A DNA stretch of 32,000 nt, taken from Demequinaceae bacterium. Lineage in GTDB: Bacteria; Actinomycetota; Actinomycetes; Actinomycetales; Demequinaceae. The position numbers and the translations under genes are program-made. Each line of letters begins with the position of its first letter. Positions within the stretch are counted from its first letter, which is position 1. Positions 16,992-25,691 of the stretch are shown one piece after another. The notes under the pieces are model-generated. The model was not told the DNA's origin. It made no database searches and was given only the letters and a program-made list of their open reading frames with translations. Location: positions 1,050,001-1,082,000 of the forward strand of contig OZ252279.1 in the NCBI GenBank assembly GCA_965250005.1, written 5' to 3'.

Positions 16992-18215
16992 GTGAGCACT
17001 GAGGGCGACGCGGCACCACCGCTGTGGAATGAACCGTGGTCACGCGAGGACGGAGAGTCCCACGCCGCGCTCCTCTATGAGTCTGCGTTTGGGCATGCCC
17101 CATCTGGCACATGGTCCGCGCCGGGCCGCGTCAACCTCATTGGCGAACACACTGACTACAACGCCGGGCTCTGTCTGCCTACGATCATTCATCACCGGGC
17201 CTACGTATCGGCAGCGCTGCGATATGACAAGGAACTGCATCTAGTCACCGGGCAGGCAGATGGCGACGGCGGCGAGACGTGGCATGGCCTCATGGACGAC
17301 ATCTCCCACAAGAGCGCGCCTGGCTGGGCAGGATACGCCGCAGGCGTGGTGTGGGCACTCCGTGAGCGCGGCTTCGAGGGCGCAGGCCTCAACATCGCAA
17401 TTGAGTCATGCGTTCCTGTTGACGCTGGCCTGGCCTCGTCCGCCTCCTTGGAGGTCGCGGTGGCTAGAGCGGCCAACGAGTTGTGGCGTCTCGCCCTCGA
17501 CAGCCATCGCGGCCGAGTCGAACTCGCTGAGTCATGCGTGGACGCCGAGAACCTGATAGTCGGCTCCCCCACGGGGGGACTCGATCAGTACACTGCGCTG
17601 TTCTGCAACGACGGCGAGGCGCTCGAGATGGATTTTGCGACCACGCCTCCGACTCTCCGCGACACTCCACTCTACTTCCCCGAATACGGGATGGAGCTAC
17701 TGATTATCGATACCCGCGTCGGGCACAACCATGCCGACGGCAGGTATTCCGACCGATTCACGGAATGCATGGAAGCGGCTCATCAGTTAGGAGCGGCGAA
17801 CCTCCGCGAGGTCGCGGATCAAGGTGACGCCTTGCGGCACGTGAACGGTTTGACTGACGAGACCTTGCGCAAGCGGGCGCGGCACGTGATCAACGAGATC
17901 GACCGCGTTCGCAAAGTCACTGGCGAGCTCTCCGGCACTGGGCCGGCACACGAGCGCCTCGTTGAGGTGGGTGCTCTTCTCACCCGCGGGCACACGTCGC
18001 TCGCCGTCGACTTTGATGCGAGTTGTCCCGAGCTTGACCTTGCCGTCCGTGCGGCGTCTTCTGGGGGCGCGCTCGGGGCGCGAATGGTGGGCGGTGGTTT
18101 CGGCGGCTCAGCGATCGCGCTTGTTCGCAGGGCGCACATGGACGCAACGGCACGCGGGATAGACGCCGCCTTTATTGAAGCGGGCTACGACCGCCCGCAG
18201 TTTCTGCATATGTAG
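16992..18215 (+). CDS. galK: Galactokinase
   Basis: Galactokinase signature GRVNLIGEHTDYNAG and the GHMP ATP motif (PVDAGLASSASLEVA). GTG start at 16992. Confidence 0.9.
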   Translation: MSTEGDAAPPLWNEPWSREDGESHAALLYESAFGHAPSGTWSAPGRVNLIGEHTDYNAGLCLPTIIHHRAYVSAALRYDKELHLVTGQADGDGGETWHGLMDDISHKSAPGWAGYAAGVVWALRERGFEGAGLNIAIESCVPVDAGLASSASLEVAVARAANELWRLALDSHRGRVELAESCVDAENLIVGSPTGGLDQYTALFCNDGEALEMDFATTPPTLRDTPLYFPEYGMELLIIDTRVGHNHADGRYSDRFTECMEAAHQLGAANLREVADQGDALRHVNGLTDETLRKRARHVINEIDRVRKVTGELSGTGPAHERLVEVGALLTRGHTSLAVDFDASCPELDLAVRAASSGGALGARMVGGGFGGSAIALVRRAHMDATARGIDAAFIEAGYDRPQFLHM

Positions 18216-19023
18216 TGTGCGAGTCCAGCGCGTACTCGACCGTCAGTGGCGCGTGATCGCTCCAGCGTTGGTCCCACGCCGCCGCGCGCTCTACCGTGAC
18301 CGCCGTTGCTGTGGCCGCCAAGTTCCGCGTCGCAAGTTGGTAGTCGATCCGCCAGCCTGCGTCATTGTCGAAAGCTCTGCCGCGCATCGACCACCACGTG
18401 TACGGGCCCTCCTGCTCGCCCACCAGGGCTCGGTGGATGTCCACCCAACCGGCGTCGAACCACCGGTCAAGGTAGGCGCGCTCTGCGGGCAGGAACCCCG
18501 CCTTCTTGAGATTGCCCTTCCAATTCTTGATGTCATTGTTGGCGTGGGCGATGTTGACGTCGCCCATCACCACCACGCGGTCGTACTGCAAATTGAGCTC
18601 CGCCATGCGCGCCGTCATCATGCCCAGGAACGCGAATTTGTCGTCCATCTTGGGCGTGCCTACCTCTCCTGAGTGAACGTAGACGCTGACGACCCGCACG
18701 GGACCTGCGGGCGAATCGACGGTCGCCTCAATCCAGCGGCCGGTGTACGTCGCCGTCGTCACGATCTCGCCCCCAACGCCGATTCCCTCGACGACGTCCG
18801 TGAGGGGTGTGCGCGATAAGACAGCAACGCCAGAGCGCCCCTTCTGCTCGCTCGCCTGCCTCGCGACCGCCCAGTCCGCACTGAAGGCTTCGTCCACGAT
18901 CTCGTCCGGAGCACGCACTTCCTGCAGACACACGACGTCCGCTGCTGAATGTGCGAGCCACGGCTCCATGCCCTTCTTCAGGGCAGCTCGCACACCATTG
19001 ACGTTAATCGTTGCGACGCGCAC
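18172..19023 (-). CDS. xthA: Exodeoxyribonuclease III (AP endonuclease, Xth family)
   Basis: MRVATINVNGVRA...LQEV..., GDVNIAH and WSDHAP motifs. GTG start at 19023 lies inside the 3' end of the upstream gene (20-nt overlap). The 3' end overlaps galK convergently by 44 nt. Confidence 0.9.
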   Translation of the reverse strand: MRVATINVNGVRAALKKGMEPWLAHSAADVVCLQEVRAPDEIVDEAFSADWAVARQASEQKGRSGVAVLSRTPLTDVVEGIGVGGEIVTTATYTGRWIEATVDSPAGPVRVVSVYVHSGEVGTPKMDDKFAFLGMMTARMAELNLQYDRVVVMGDVNIAHANNDIKNWKGNLKKAGFLPAERAYLDRWFDAGWVDIHRALVGEQEGPYTWWSMRGRAFDNDAGWRIDYQLATRNLAATATAVTVERAAAWDQRWSDHAPLTVEYALDSHTTYAETAGGRSPLQ

Positions 19024-20647
19024 TCAGATCCTCACTCCAGTTTCGTGGTTTCAGAAGCTTGTAGTTCACGACGATCGGCGTCACGACGACCAGCGCCAAC
19101 ATCACCAACACAGCGGATACAGTGGCCATTCCGCCTGGCGTCCATTCCGCCCACCTACCGATCGCCTGCCCGAGCGTTTCGTTCAACGGGTTGTAGAATC
19201 CCATGAACGCGGTGAGGAGCCCGAAGAGCCCCACTCCAAGGGACCCCGTTGGTAACCACATTGGGAAGCTGTCCTCGACGTGCCCCGCCGCGTACGCCTT
19301 GGCGATCCCGAGCGCGAACACAGCCGCGGCTGACCCAAGGATAATGAAAAGGAACCTCCCCGCGAGCGCGCCGTCGCGTATGCCATCTTGGTACCTTGCA
19401 TACTCCACAATTGACAACGCAAGGGCAACGTAGACACAGAAGCCCGCCAGCACGATCGAATCGATCCGGAACACGCGAGCATAGATCACGCCAATGGCGA
19501 TGCCCGCGAGGAAGATGAGAGAAAGCGCGAACGCAAAGACTGGAACGAAAGATACCTCGAAGTAACTGAACGACCCCCAGAAAGAGACCATCGTGTCACT
19601 CGCGGTCGCTGCAATGAACTCCCAGAAGGATACGCTCTCGCCTGTCAGCCCACCTAGGCGCGACTCCTCCAGAAACGGGCTCGCCCGCTCAGTGCCGCTA
19701 ACCACCTGGCCGAAGGATGCACCCGAAACCCACCAGATGCCGCCCACGAAGAACGCGATGCCAATTGCCGCGCCCGCGCGCGCGAGATCACTGCGCCACT
19801 TCGAAGCAGGGCGCGCCAGCACAAAACCGGCGAGAATGAGCGGCAGCATGAAGACGATGACAGCGTGCATGAGCATGCCGAGCCCATAGACCACGCCGAC
19901 GAGCGCGGTGCGCCTCCAACTGGGCCCGTGATGCATGACGAGGGTGACAGCCGCAGTCAAACTGAGGGCGGCGACTACGAATCCGACGGTACTGCCGACC
20001 ACGGTAGTTATGTGGGCGAGTTCAGGAATCGAGAGCGGGATGAATGCGGCAGTCGCTGCAGCCCATTTCTTGGTCGAGATGTGCTTGGCCGCAGCCGCAA
20101 CAAGCGCGGGAATCCACATCGCCATAAGCACGTTGATGAATCGCGCGAACTGCAATTGCGTGTGCCAACTCGTTCCCTCAAGATCCGCCGTTGTTGCGGC
20201 GGTCGCCTGAATCCAATAGTAAAGCGGTGGGTCCACTCCCGAATTGTCGGGAATGGCGACAGCCTCGGCTGGCCGGATCGCGTTCTCGGCGTCAATCGCT
20301 GTGTACTCCGCGGGCGGTGTGAGCGACGCAAACTTCTCGACGCCCCACTGCGCGTCCGAGCGCGGTAGCGAGGCTGCAAATCCCGCTTCCTGCATCGCGT
20401 CCCACACGCCCTGCGAGATGACCGCGTCACCGGGGCTAGCCCACGTGTCCGCGTACTCGAGCTGAAGCACTGCATTGAAGGCCTCATGCTCGTGCAGGCC
20501 TCGAAATGGGGGAGTTATGAGCATCCACACGAGCAGCACCGCCGTGAAGGCCAGAGTCGCTGCCAGCACCGCATACTGGTAGGCGCGATCAGAGATGTCA
20601 CCGTCGTGGACGTGGGAATGCCTTGCTGAAGGTCCCATATGCTTCAA
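19004..20647 (-). CDS. Polytopic membrane protein, DUF2142-like / GT-C-fold-like (function unknown)
   Basis: 547-aa ORF with more than 10 hydrophobic helices. It has a large first extracytoplasmic loop with HEHEAF and a DPPLYYW motif, which resembles my recollection of DUF2142. The start is either TTG 20647 or ATG 20638. Confidence 0.7.
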   Translation of the reverse strand: MKHMGPSARHSHVHDGDISDRAYQYAVLAATLAFTAVLLVWMLITPPFRGLHEHEAFNAVLQLEYADTWASPGDAVISQGVWDAMQEAGFAASLPRSDAQWGVEKFASLTPPAEYTAIDAENAIRPAEAVAIPDNSGVDPPLYYWIQATAATTADLEGTSWHTQLQFARFINVLMAMWIPALVAAAAKHISTKKWAAATAAFIPLSIPELAHITTVVGSTVGFVVAALSLTAAVTLVMHHGPSWRRTALVGVVYGLGMLMHAVIVFMLPLILAGFVLARPASKWRSDLARAGAAIGIAFFVGGIWWVSGASFGQVVSGTERASPFLEESRLGGLTGESVSFWEFIAATASDTMVSFWGSFSYFEVSFVPVFAFALSLIFLAGIAIGVIYARVFRIDSIVLAGFCVYVALALSIVEYARYQDGIRDGALAGRFLFIILGSAAAVFALGIAKAYAAGHVEDSFPMWLPTGSLGVGLFGLLTAFMGFYNPLNETLGQAIGRWAEWTPGGMATVSAVLVMLALVVVTPIVVNYKLLKPRNWSEDLSARRND

Positions 20648-20723
20648 CCTTCACACGGCCAGGCGCCGCCGTCCAGTCGAACGCCGTGTGCCGCGGCGGC
20701 TCCAGAGGCAGCGCGAGGACGTG

Positions 20724-21620
20724 CTACGCGGAGTTTCGTTCCGCCATTTCGATCACGTTCTGGAGGAGTAGCGCTCGCGTCATCGGGCCGACGCCACCTG
20801 GGTTCGGCGAATACCAGGAGGCCTTGGCGCGTGCGCCTTCGGCAATATCTCCTGCGACTCGCGCTATGCCAGTCTTGGGGTCTGTCACGCGGCTCACTCC
20901 CACATCAATGAGGATTACGCCGTCCTTGACCATCTCACCCGAAATGATATCCGGAACGCCAACTGCCGCCACCACGACGTCGGCGTGACGAGTATGGGTC
21001 GCCAGGTCTTGGGTTCCCGTGTGGCACAACGTGACCGTAGCGTTCACGGCCTTGCGCGTCAGCAGCAGCCCGATGCTGCGACCTACGGTCGTGCCACGGC
21101 CCACCACCACGATCTCCTTGCCACGTAGGGAAATCCCGTGGCGCTCGATGAGCTCGATAATCCCGTGGGGAGTGCACGGCAGCGGCGTATGGATGTCCTC
21201 GCCCACGCGCAGCACGAGACGGCCAAGGTTGGTCGGGTGAAGCCCATCCGCGTCTTTCTTGGGGTCCACCTGCTCGAGCACAGCGTTCGTATCGACGCCG
21301 TCCGGCAGGGGAAGCTGCACGATGAAGCCCGTACAGTCCGGATCCGCATTGAGGCGCGCGACGGCGGCTTCAATTTCCTGCTGCGTTGCCGTTGCAGGCA
21401 GGTCTTCGCGAATCGACGAAATACCCACTTCGGCGCAATCCTTGTGCTTACCCGCCACGTACCAGGTCGAGCCCGGATCGTCTCCCACGAGTAACGTACC
21501 GAGCCCGGGAGTGACTCCGCGCTCAACGAGCGCAGTCACCCTCGTGGCCAGTTCGGCTTTGATGGTGACGGCAGTTGCCTTGCCGTCGAGTCGCTGAGGC
21601 GGGCTGTCGGTTGCAGTCAT
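20724..21620 (-). CDS. folD: Bifunctional methylenetetrahydrofolate dehydrogenase / methenyl-THF cyclohydrolase
   Basis: LDGKA...IKAEL..., [17 protein letters not shown] and [14 protein letters not shown] motifs. ATG 21620 is preferred because it leaves a 13-nt gap after glyA. Confidence 0.9.
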   Translation of the reverse strand: MTATDSPPQRLDGKATAVTIKAELATRVTALVERGVTPGLGTLLVGDDPGSTWYVAGKHKDCAEVGISSIREDLPATATQQEIEAAVARLNADPDCTGFIVQLPLPDGVDTNAVLEQVDPKKDADGLHPTNLGRLVLRVGEDIHTPLPCTPHGIIELIERHGISLRGKEIVVVGRGTTVGRSIGLLLTRKAVNATVTLCHTGTQDLATHTRHADVVVAAVGVPDIISGEMVKDGVILIDVGVSRVTDPKTGIARVAGDIAEGARAKASWYSPNPGGVGPMTRALLLQNVIEMAERNSA

Positions 21621-21633
21621 AGCGTTCCGCCCG

Positions 21634-22926
21634 CTACTGCTGGAGACCGGCATAGAGGGGAAACTCGCCCGTTAACTTGTCCACACGCTTGCGCAGCGCC
21701 GCAGTATCCGCACCACCCTTGAGGGCGGTAGCGATCACGTCGGCCACCTCGGTGAATTCGTCTGCGCCAAAGCCTCGCGACGCGAGAGCCGCGGTGCCGA
21801 TTCGGACGCCAGACGTCACCATCGGCGGGCGCGGATCAAACGGCACCGCGTTGCGGTTGACGGTGATGCCACACTCGTCCAGTAGATCTTCCGCTTGCTG
21901 GCCGTCGAGTTCGCTGTCGCGCAGGTCAACTAGCACCAGGTGGACATCTGTGCCGCCCGTGACGACATTGACGCCACCCTCGACCGCATCAGGCGCAGTG
22001 AGGCGCTCCGCGAGGATTTGCGCGCCCTCGAGCACGCGGGCCGCCCGCGCCCTAAATTCGTCACCTGCGGCCGCCTTGAGTGCCACAGCCTTGGCCGCGA
22101 TGACGTGCATCAGCGGCCCGCCCTGCTGGCCCGGGAACACTGCGGAGTTGAGTTTCTTAGCGAGCTCAAGGTCGCGGGACACGATGAGCCCTGAACGCGG
22201 GCCGCCGAGCGTCTTGTGGATGGTGGACGACACCACGTCGGAGTGAGGTACGGGTGACGGGTGAAGGTCGGCTGCAACGAGGCCAGCGAAGTGGGCCATG
22301 TCTGTCCAAAGCTTGGCGCCTATCTCGTCTGCGATCTCACGGAACGCCGCGAAGTCGAGGTGACGGGGGTACGCGGACCATCCAGCGATGATGACGTCCG
22401 GGCGCTCGGCAAGCGCTTGTTCGCGGACTTGCTCCATCTGCACGCGGTGCGTCTGCTCGTCGACGCCATACGCGGCGACCTGGTAGAGCTTGCCAGAGAA
22501 GTTCAGTTTCATTCCGTGGGTGAGGTGGCCGCCATGCGGGAGCGCGAGGCCCATGATCTTGTCCCCAGGGTTAATCAGGGCGTGGAGCACCGCGGCGTTG
22601 GCTGTGGCGCCCGAATGTGGCTGGACGTTGGCGTACTCAGCACCAAACAGGCTCTTGGCGCGCTCGATGGCGAGAACCTCAGCCTTGTCCACCTCTTCGC
22701 AGCCGCCGTAGTAGCGGCGGCCGGGGTAGCCCTCGGCGTACTTGTTGGTGAGCACACTGCCTTGTGCTTGGAGCACGCTGCGTGGCACAAAGTTTTCGGA
22801 TGCGATCATCTCGAGCGTGCCCTGTTGGCGAGCGAGCTCGCCGTCAAGAATCGCCGCGATCGCGGGATCGTAGTCCTGCAGCGTCGCGTTCATCACGGCT
22901 GCGGTTGCGGCGGCATCGGTAGTCAT
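21634..22926 (-). CDS. glyA: Serine hydroxymethyltransferase
   Basis: SHMT signature including the PLP-lysine region [14 protein letters not shown] and the N-terminal ELARQ...[18 protein letters not shown] at 22933-22938 (minus strand). Confidence 0.95.
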   Translation of the reverse strand: MTTDAAATAAVMNATLQDYDPAIAAILDGELARQQGTLEMIASENFVPRSVLQAQGSVLTNKYAEGYPGRRYYGGCEEVDKAEVLAIERAKSLFGAEYANVQPHSGATANAAVLHALINPGDKIMGLALPHGGHLTHGMKLNFSGKLYQVAAYGVDEQTHRVQMEQVREQALAERPDVIIAGWSAYPRHLDFAAFREIADEIGAKLWTDMAHFAGLVAADLHPSPVPHSDVVSSTIHKTLGGPRSGLIVSRDLELAKKLNSAVFPGQQGGPLMHVIAAKAVALKAAAGDEFRARAARVLEGAQILAERLTAPDAVEGGVNVVTGGTDVHLVLVDLRDSELDGQQAEDLLDECGITVNRNAVPFDPRPPMVTSGVRIGTAALASRGFGADEFTEVADVIATALKGGADTAALRKRVDKLTGEFPLYAGLQQ

Positions 22927-23000
22927 GGCAATCCTCCTGGGCCCTGGGGGACACGGGTCAAGGCGGGCAGGCCGCCGGTTGGGTAGTGCTCCGGTGACGG

Positions 23001-23080
23001 TGACCCAGGCGTGCGACCAACAGTCGGTAATGCGGCGTCGCTTCCCTGTGGTGTCCCACTGCGCCAGTCACGACTCCACC
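23001..23080 (-). promoter_or_regulatory. ZTP (pfl-motif) riboswitch aptamer in the glyA-folD leader
   Basis: The minus-strand RNA is GGUGGAGUCGUGACUGGCGCAGUGGGACACCACAGGGAAGCGACGCC...CCGACUGUUGGUCGCACGCCUGGGUCA. It carries the conserved GUCGUGACUGGCG core, a P1 helix (GUCG/CGAC), a P2 hairpin (GUGG-GACA-CCAC), a P3 hairpin (CGAC-UGUUG-GUCG) and the 3' CGCCUGGG element, whose CGCC can form the pseudoknot with GGCG. A TAGACT -10-like hexamer lies at 23081-23086. Confidence 0.85.
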
Positions 23081-23117
23081 AGTCTAGCCGATGCAGACCA
23101 GTACGCGGGAGCTTGCG

Positions 23118-24011
23118 CTACGGGCGCGGAGAATGCCGTGCATCAGGCCCGCGGTCGGGCGGACTGGTTCCACCTTCGGACCGCGAGGCGAGTTCGAGAC
23201 TCAACTCGACGGCGGCCTCGACTTGCGGTGACACGCGAACGTGGGCGCCCCCGATCCAGTCGCGGAAGCGATCCCAACGCGCGTGGTATTCCTCCGAGAA
23301 GCGGCGGACTGCGCGCGCTCGCCTGGCGTCGCCGTAGTACCGTCGCGCCCAGAACGACGTCGGCTTCGCCAGCCTCGCCGCGCACAGGATTGCGATGCCC
23401 GGGACCACTACACCGATGATCCCCAGGTGGCGCTTGCCCTTGAGGAAGGCGACCACCACAAGCGCGAAGTGAAGAACGAGCACGACCGTCGTCGCCCACC
23501 GCCCACCGGACGACGCGTCAGTGATGCCAACGGGCGACACTTGCACGAGCATCGCCACGGCAACCGCCACAGCCACGAGAATCGCGTCAATGGATTTTCG
23601 CCCCTCCGCGGTCCAGTAGACGTCGTCCAAGTGCACCCACAGGGCGAACTCATCGAGGGCGAGGGCCGCACCTGCTCCGAATGCGAATGCGAGGACCTCG
23701 ACCCATGGGCGATCGGGCGCAAAGCGAAACTCCAGCAGTCCGGCAGTCAGCGCGAGCAGTATCCCCCACACCTGATGGTGCACGTGGACCCCGCCAATGT
23801 GAATGTTCGCGAGTACGCCGCCTAGAGCGTCGCGCCCCTGCGCGGTGGCCACCGCCTGGGCAGCACGAATTCGGCGAGTGATCGCACGCGTGACCACGAA
23901 CGTGAGAACAAAGCCGACGAAGAGCCATAGCGCGGGCGATCGTCCCGTCGCAACAACGTACTGCTCGTACCAGGAGGTCACTACTTGCACGGACTCCTTC
24001 GCGTCTGGCAC
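23118..24011 (-). CDS. Integral membrane protein, unknown function
   Basis: 297-aa ORF with a GTG start 11 nt after the GNAT stop. It has about 6 hydrophobic helices, conserved-looking IHIGGVHVHHQVWG and LDEFALWVHLDDVYW segments, and a basic cytosolic tail. Confidence 0.7.
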   Translation of the reverse strand: MPDAKESVQVVTSWYEQYVVATGRSPALWLFVGFVLTFVVTRAITRRIRAAQAVATAQGRDALGGVLANIHIGGVHVHHQVWGILLALTAGLLEFRFAPDRPWVEVLAFAFGAGAALALDEFALWVHLDDVYWTAEGRKSIDAILVAVAVAVAMLVQVSPVGITDASSGGRWATTVVLVLHFALVVVAFLKGKRHLGIIGVVVPGIAILCAARLAKPTSFWARRYYGDARRARAVRRFSEEYHARWDRFRDWIGGAHVRVSPQVEAAVELSLELASRSEGGTSPPDRGPDARHSPRP

Positions 24012-24022
24012 CGGGCCCGACG

Positions 24023-24559
24023 CTAGTTGTCGCCGCGCACTACGGTGTCATCATCCAGGTCCTCGTCAACGAGCACGCCTGCCTCGAGCACCTTCTTAAG
24101 GTACGCATAGGTGAGGTCGCCAGCGACTTGATCGAACTGGTGGTCGTACCCGGCCTTGTTGTACAACGCGAGGTTGTGCTTAGAGTTCTGGCCGGTGAAG
24201 ACCCACACCTCGGTGGTGTTCTCAGGCAGATACGTAAGAACGGCAAACAGCAGCTGCGTTCCTATTCCTTGGCCCTGCACGTCAGGCGCAACAGCCAGGC
24301 GGCCAATCGTGGCCTTGTCGTCCTCGATTCCCACGCGAACCGAACCAACGAGCCGGTGCCCCGCCCACGCGCCGAGCGTGACGACATCCTCGGACCCCAG
24401 GTCGATGAGGAGCTCGTCGAACGTCTGAGTGAGCGCGGGAATGTTCGGGTCATTGAAGATCTGGGCTTCGGATACGAAGGCTGCTCGCCTAAGCGTCAAC
24501 AACTCGCCCGCGTGTTCCTGGGTCACCACATCGATACGTGCTTGGTCTTCATCACCCAT
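24023..24559 (-). CDS. GNAT-family N-acetyltransferase
   Basis: Acetyl-CoA binding motif RLAVAPDVQGQGIGTQLL followed by NLALYNKAGY. Acidic C-terminus. Confidence 0.8.
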   Translation of the reverse strand: MGDEDQARIDVVTQEHAGELLTLRRAAFVSEAQIFNDPNIPALTQTFDELLIDLGSEDVVTLGAWAGHRLVGSVRVGIEDDKATIGRLAVAPDVQGQGIGTQLLFAVLTYLPENTTEVWVFTGQNSKHNLALYNKAGYDHQFDQVAGDLTYAYLKKVLEAGVLVDEDLDDDTVVRGDN

Positions 24560-24695
24560 GAATACATCGTGTCATGCCGCCGTACAGGCGAACAGCGCCG
24601 CGCCCCAACATTTGCCAAATGGTCACCGAACTGTGACCGAACGCGTCCGCGCGCCACCATACCTGCTAGCCGCGCGATGCCGATACCCTGGGCAG

Positions 24696-25565
24696 ATGAA
24701 CGCCACAACGTCCGAAGATGCTGGCACCGCGTGGGTGCTGAGCCTGTCGTGCCCCGACGGCCCTGGGATCGTGCACGCTGTCTCGGGAGAGCTCGCCGAG
24801 CACGGCGGCAACATCACGGAATCCCAGCAGTTCGGGGATGCGGACACCGGCCTCTTCTTCATGCGAGTCGAGGTCACCTCTCCCGCGCCCCGAGCGGACA
24901 TCGAGGGGGCCATCGAGGCGCTAGCAACACGATTCTCGATGACGTGGAGGCTCGACCAAGCGGGACGCCGCATGCGCACAGTAGTGCTGGTCTCGAAGGC
25001 CGCACATTGCATCAACGACCTGCTATTCCGCGAGCGCGAGGGAACCCTTCCCATCGACGTGGTCGCCGTTGTCGGAAATCATGCCAACCTCAAGTCGCTC
25101 GCGGACTTCTACGGCAAGCCGTTCCACCACATCGGCGTCACCCCTGACACTAAGCCCGCCGCCGAGGCGTCGCTCCTCGAATTGATCGCCGACCTAGACG
25201 CAGAGCTGGTGGTGCTGGCGCGCTATATGCAGATCCTTTCGCCCACATTGTGCGAGGCGCTCGCGGGGCGCGCCATCAACATCCATCACTCGTTCTTGCC
25301 GTCCTTCAAGGGCGCGCGCCCCTACTTCCAGGCGCACGACCGCGGCGTCAAGCTCATCGGAGCCACGGCGCACTACGTGACGAGTGACCTAGACGAGGGC
25401 CCAATCATCGAGCAGGACGTGGAGCGCGTGGATCACTCGTTTACTCCAGCGACGCTGACCGCGACAGGCGCCGACGTCGAACGCCGGGCCCTGTCCAAGG
25501 CCGTGAAATGGCATGCGGAGCACCGGGTGTTGCTTGACGGGCATCGGACCGTCGTCTTCAAGTAG
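24696..25565 (+). CDS. purU: Formyltetrahydrofolate deformylase
   Basis: N-terminal ACT domain (LSLSCPDGPGIVHAVSGELAEHGGNI) and a formyltransferase core (INIHHSFLPSFKGARPY, GATAHYVTSDLDEGPII). ATG 24696 is the real start within the longer ORF 24429-25565. A TACCCT hexamer lies 6 nt upstream. Confidence 0.9.
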   Translation: MNATTSEDAGTAWVLSLSCPDGPGIVHAVSGELAEHGGNITESQQFGDADTGLFFMRVEVTSPAPRADIEGAIEALATRFSMTWRLDQAGRRMRTVVLVSKAAHCINDLLFREREGTLPIDVVAVVGNHANLKSLADFYGKPFHHIGVTPDTKPAAEASLLELIADLDAELVVLARYMQILSPTLCEALAGRAINIHHSFLPSFKGARPYFQAHDRGVKLIGATAHYVTSDLDEGPIIEQDVERVDHSFTPATLTATGADVERRALSKAVKWHAEHRVLLDGHRTVVFK

Positions 25566-25691
25566 GCGACGAAGACAATTCGAACCCGCGACAGCGGCAC
25601 GGAGTGCGCCACGATCGAAAGCCGCAGCCGCCCACTGCTGGGGGCAACCAACTCATCAATCCTGATCGTTGGGGCGGATTGCCCGGACGGT

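Noticed and set aside
24560-24695. Possible second riboswitch (ZTP or THF) in the 136-nt GNAT/purU divergent region. It ends in ...CCCUGGGCAG, has a GGTCAC-N6-GTGACC hairpin or palindrome (24620-24637), and has a CGCGCG...CGCGCG stem.
   Set aside because: The conserved GUCGUGACUGGCG core and the CCAC..GGG element of ZTP aptamers are absent. A TACCCT hexamer 6 nt before the ATG suggests purU is leaderless, leaving no room for a leader RNA. The GGTCAC/GTGACC palindrome could still be a protein operator, but I cannot support that.
25578-25592. tRNA T-arm-like string GTCGCGGGTTCGAAT (minus strand) in the purU/nagA gap, with an AGTTGGTT D-loop-like string about 60 nt upstream. This could be a tRNA or an att-site remnant.
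   Set aside because: The sequence after TTCGAAT (TGTCT...) cannot pair to close a T stem. No acceptor or anticodon stem can be drawn, and the spacing to the D-loop-like string is wrong. A 9-mer GGTTCGAAT match is plausible by chance in 64 kb of two-strand sequence.
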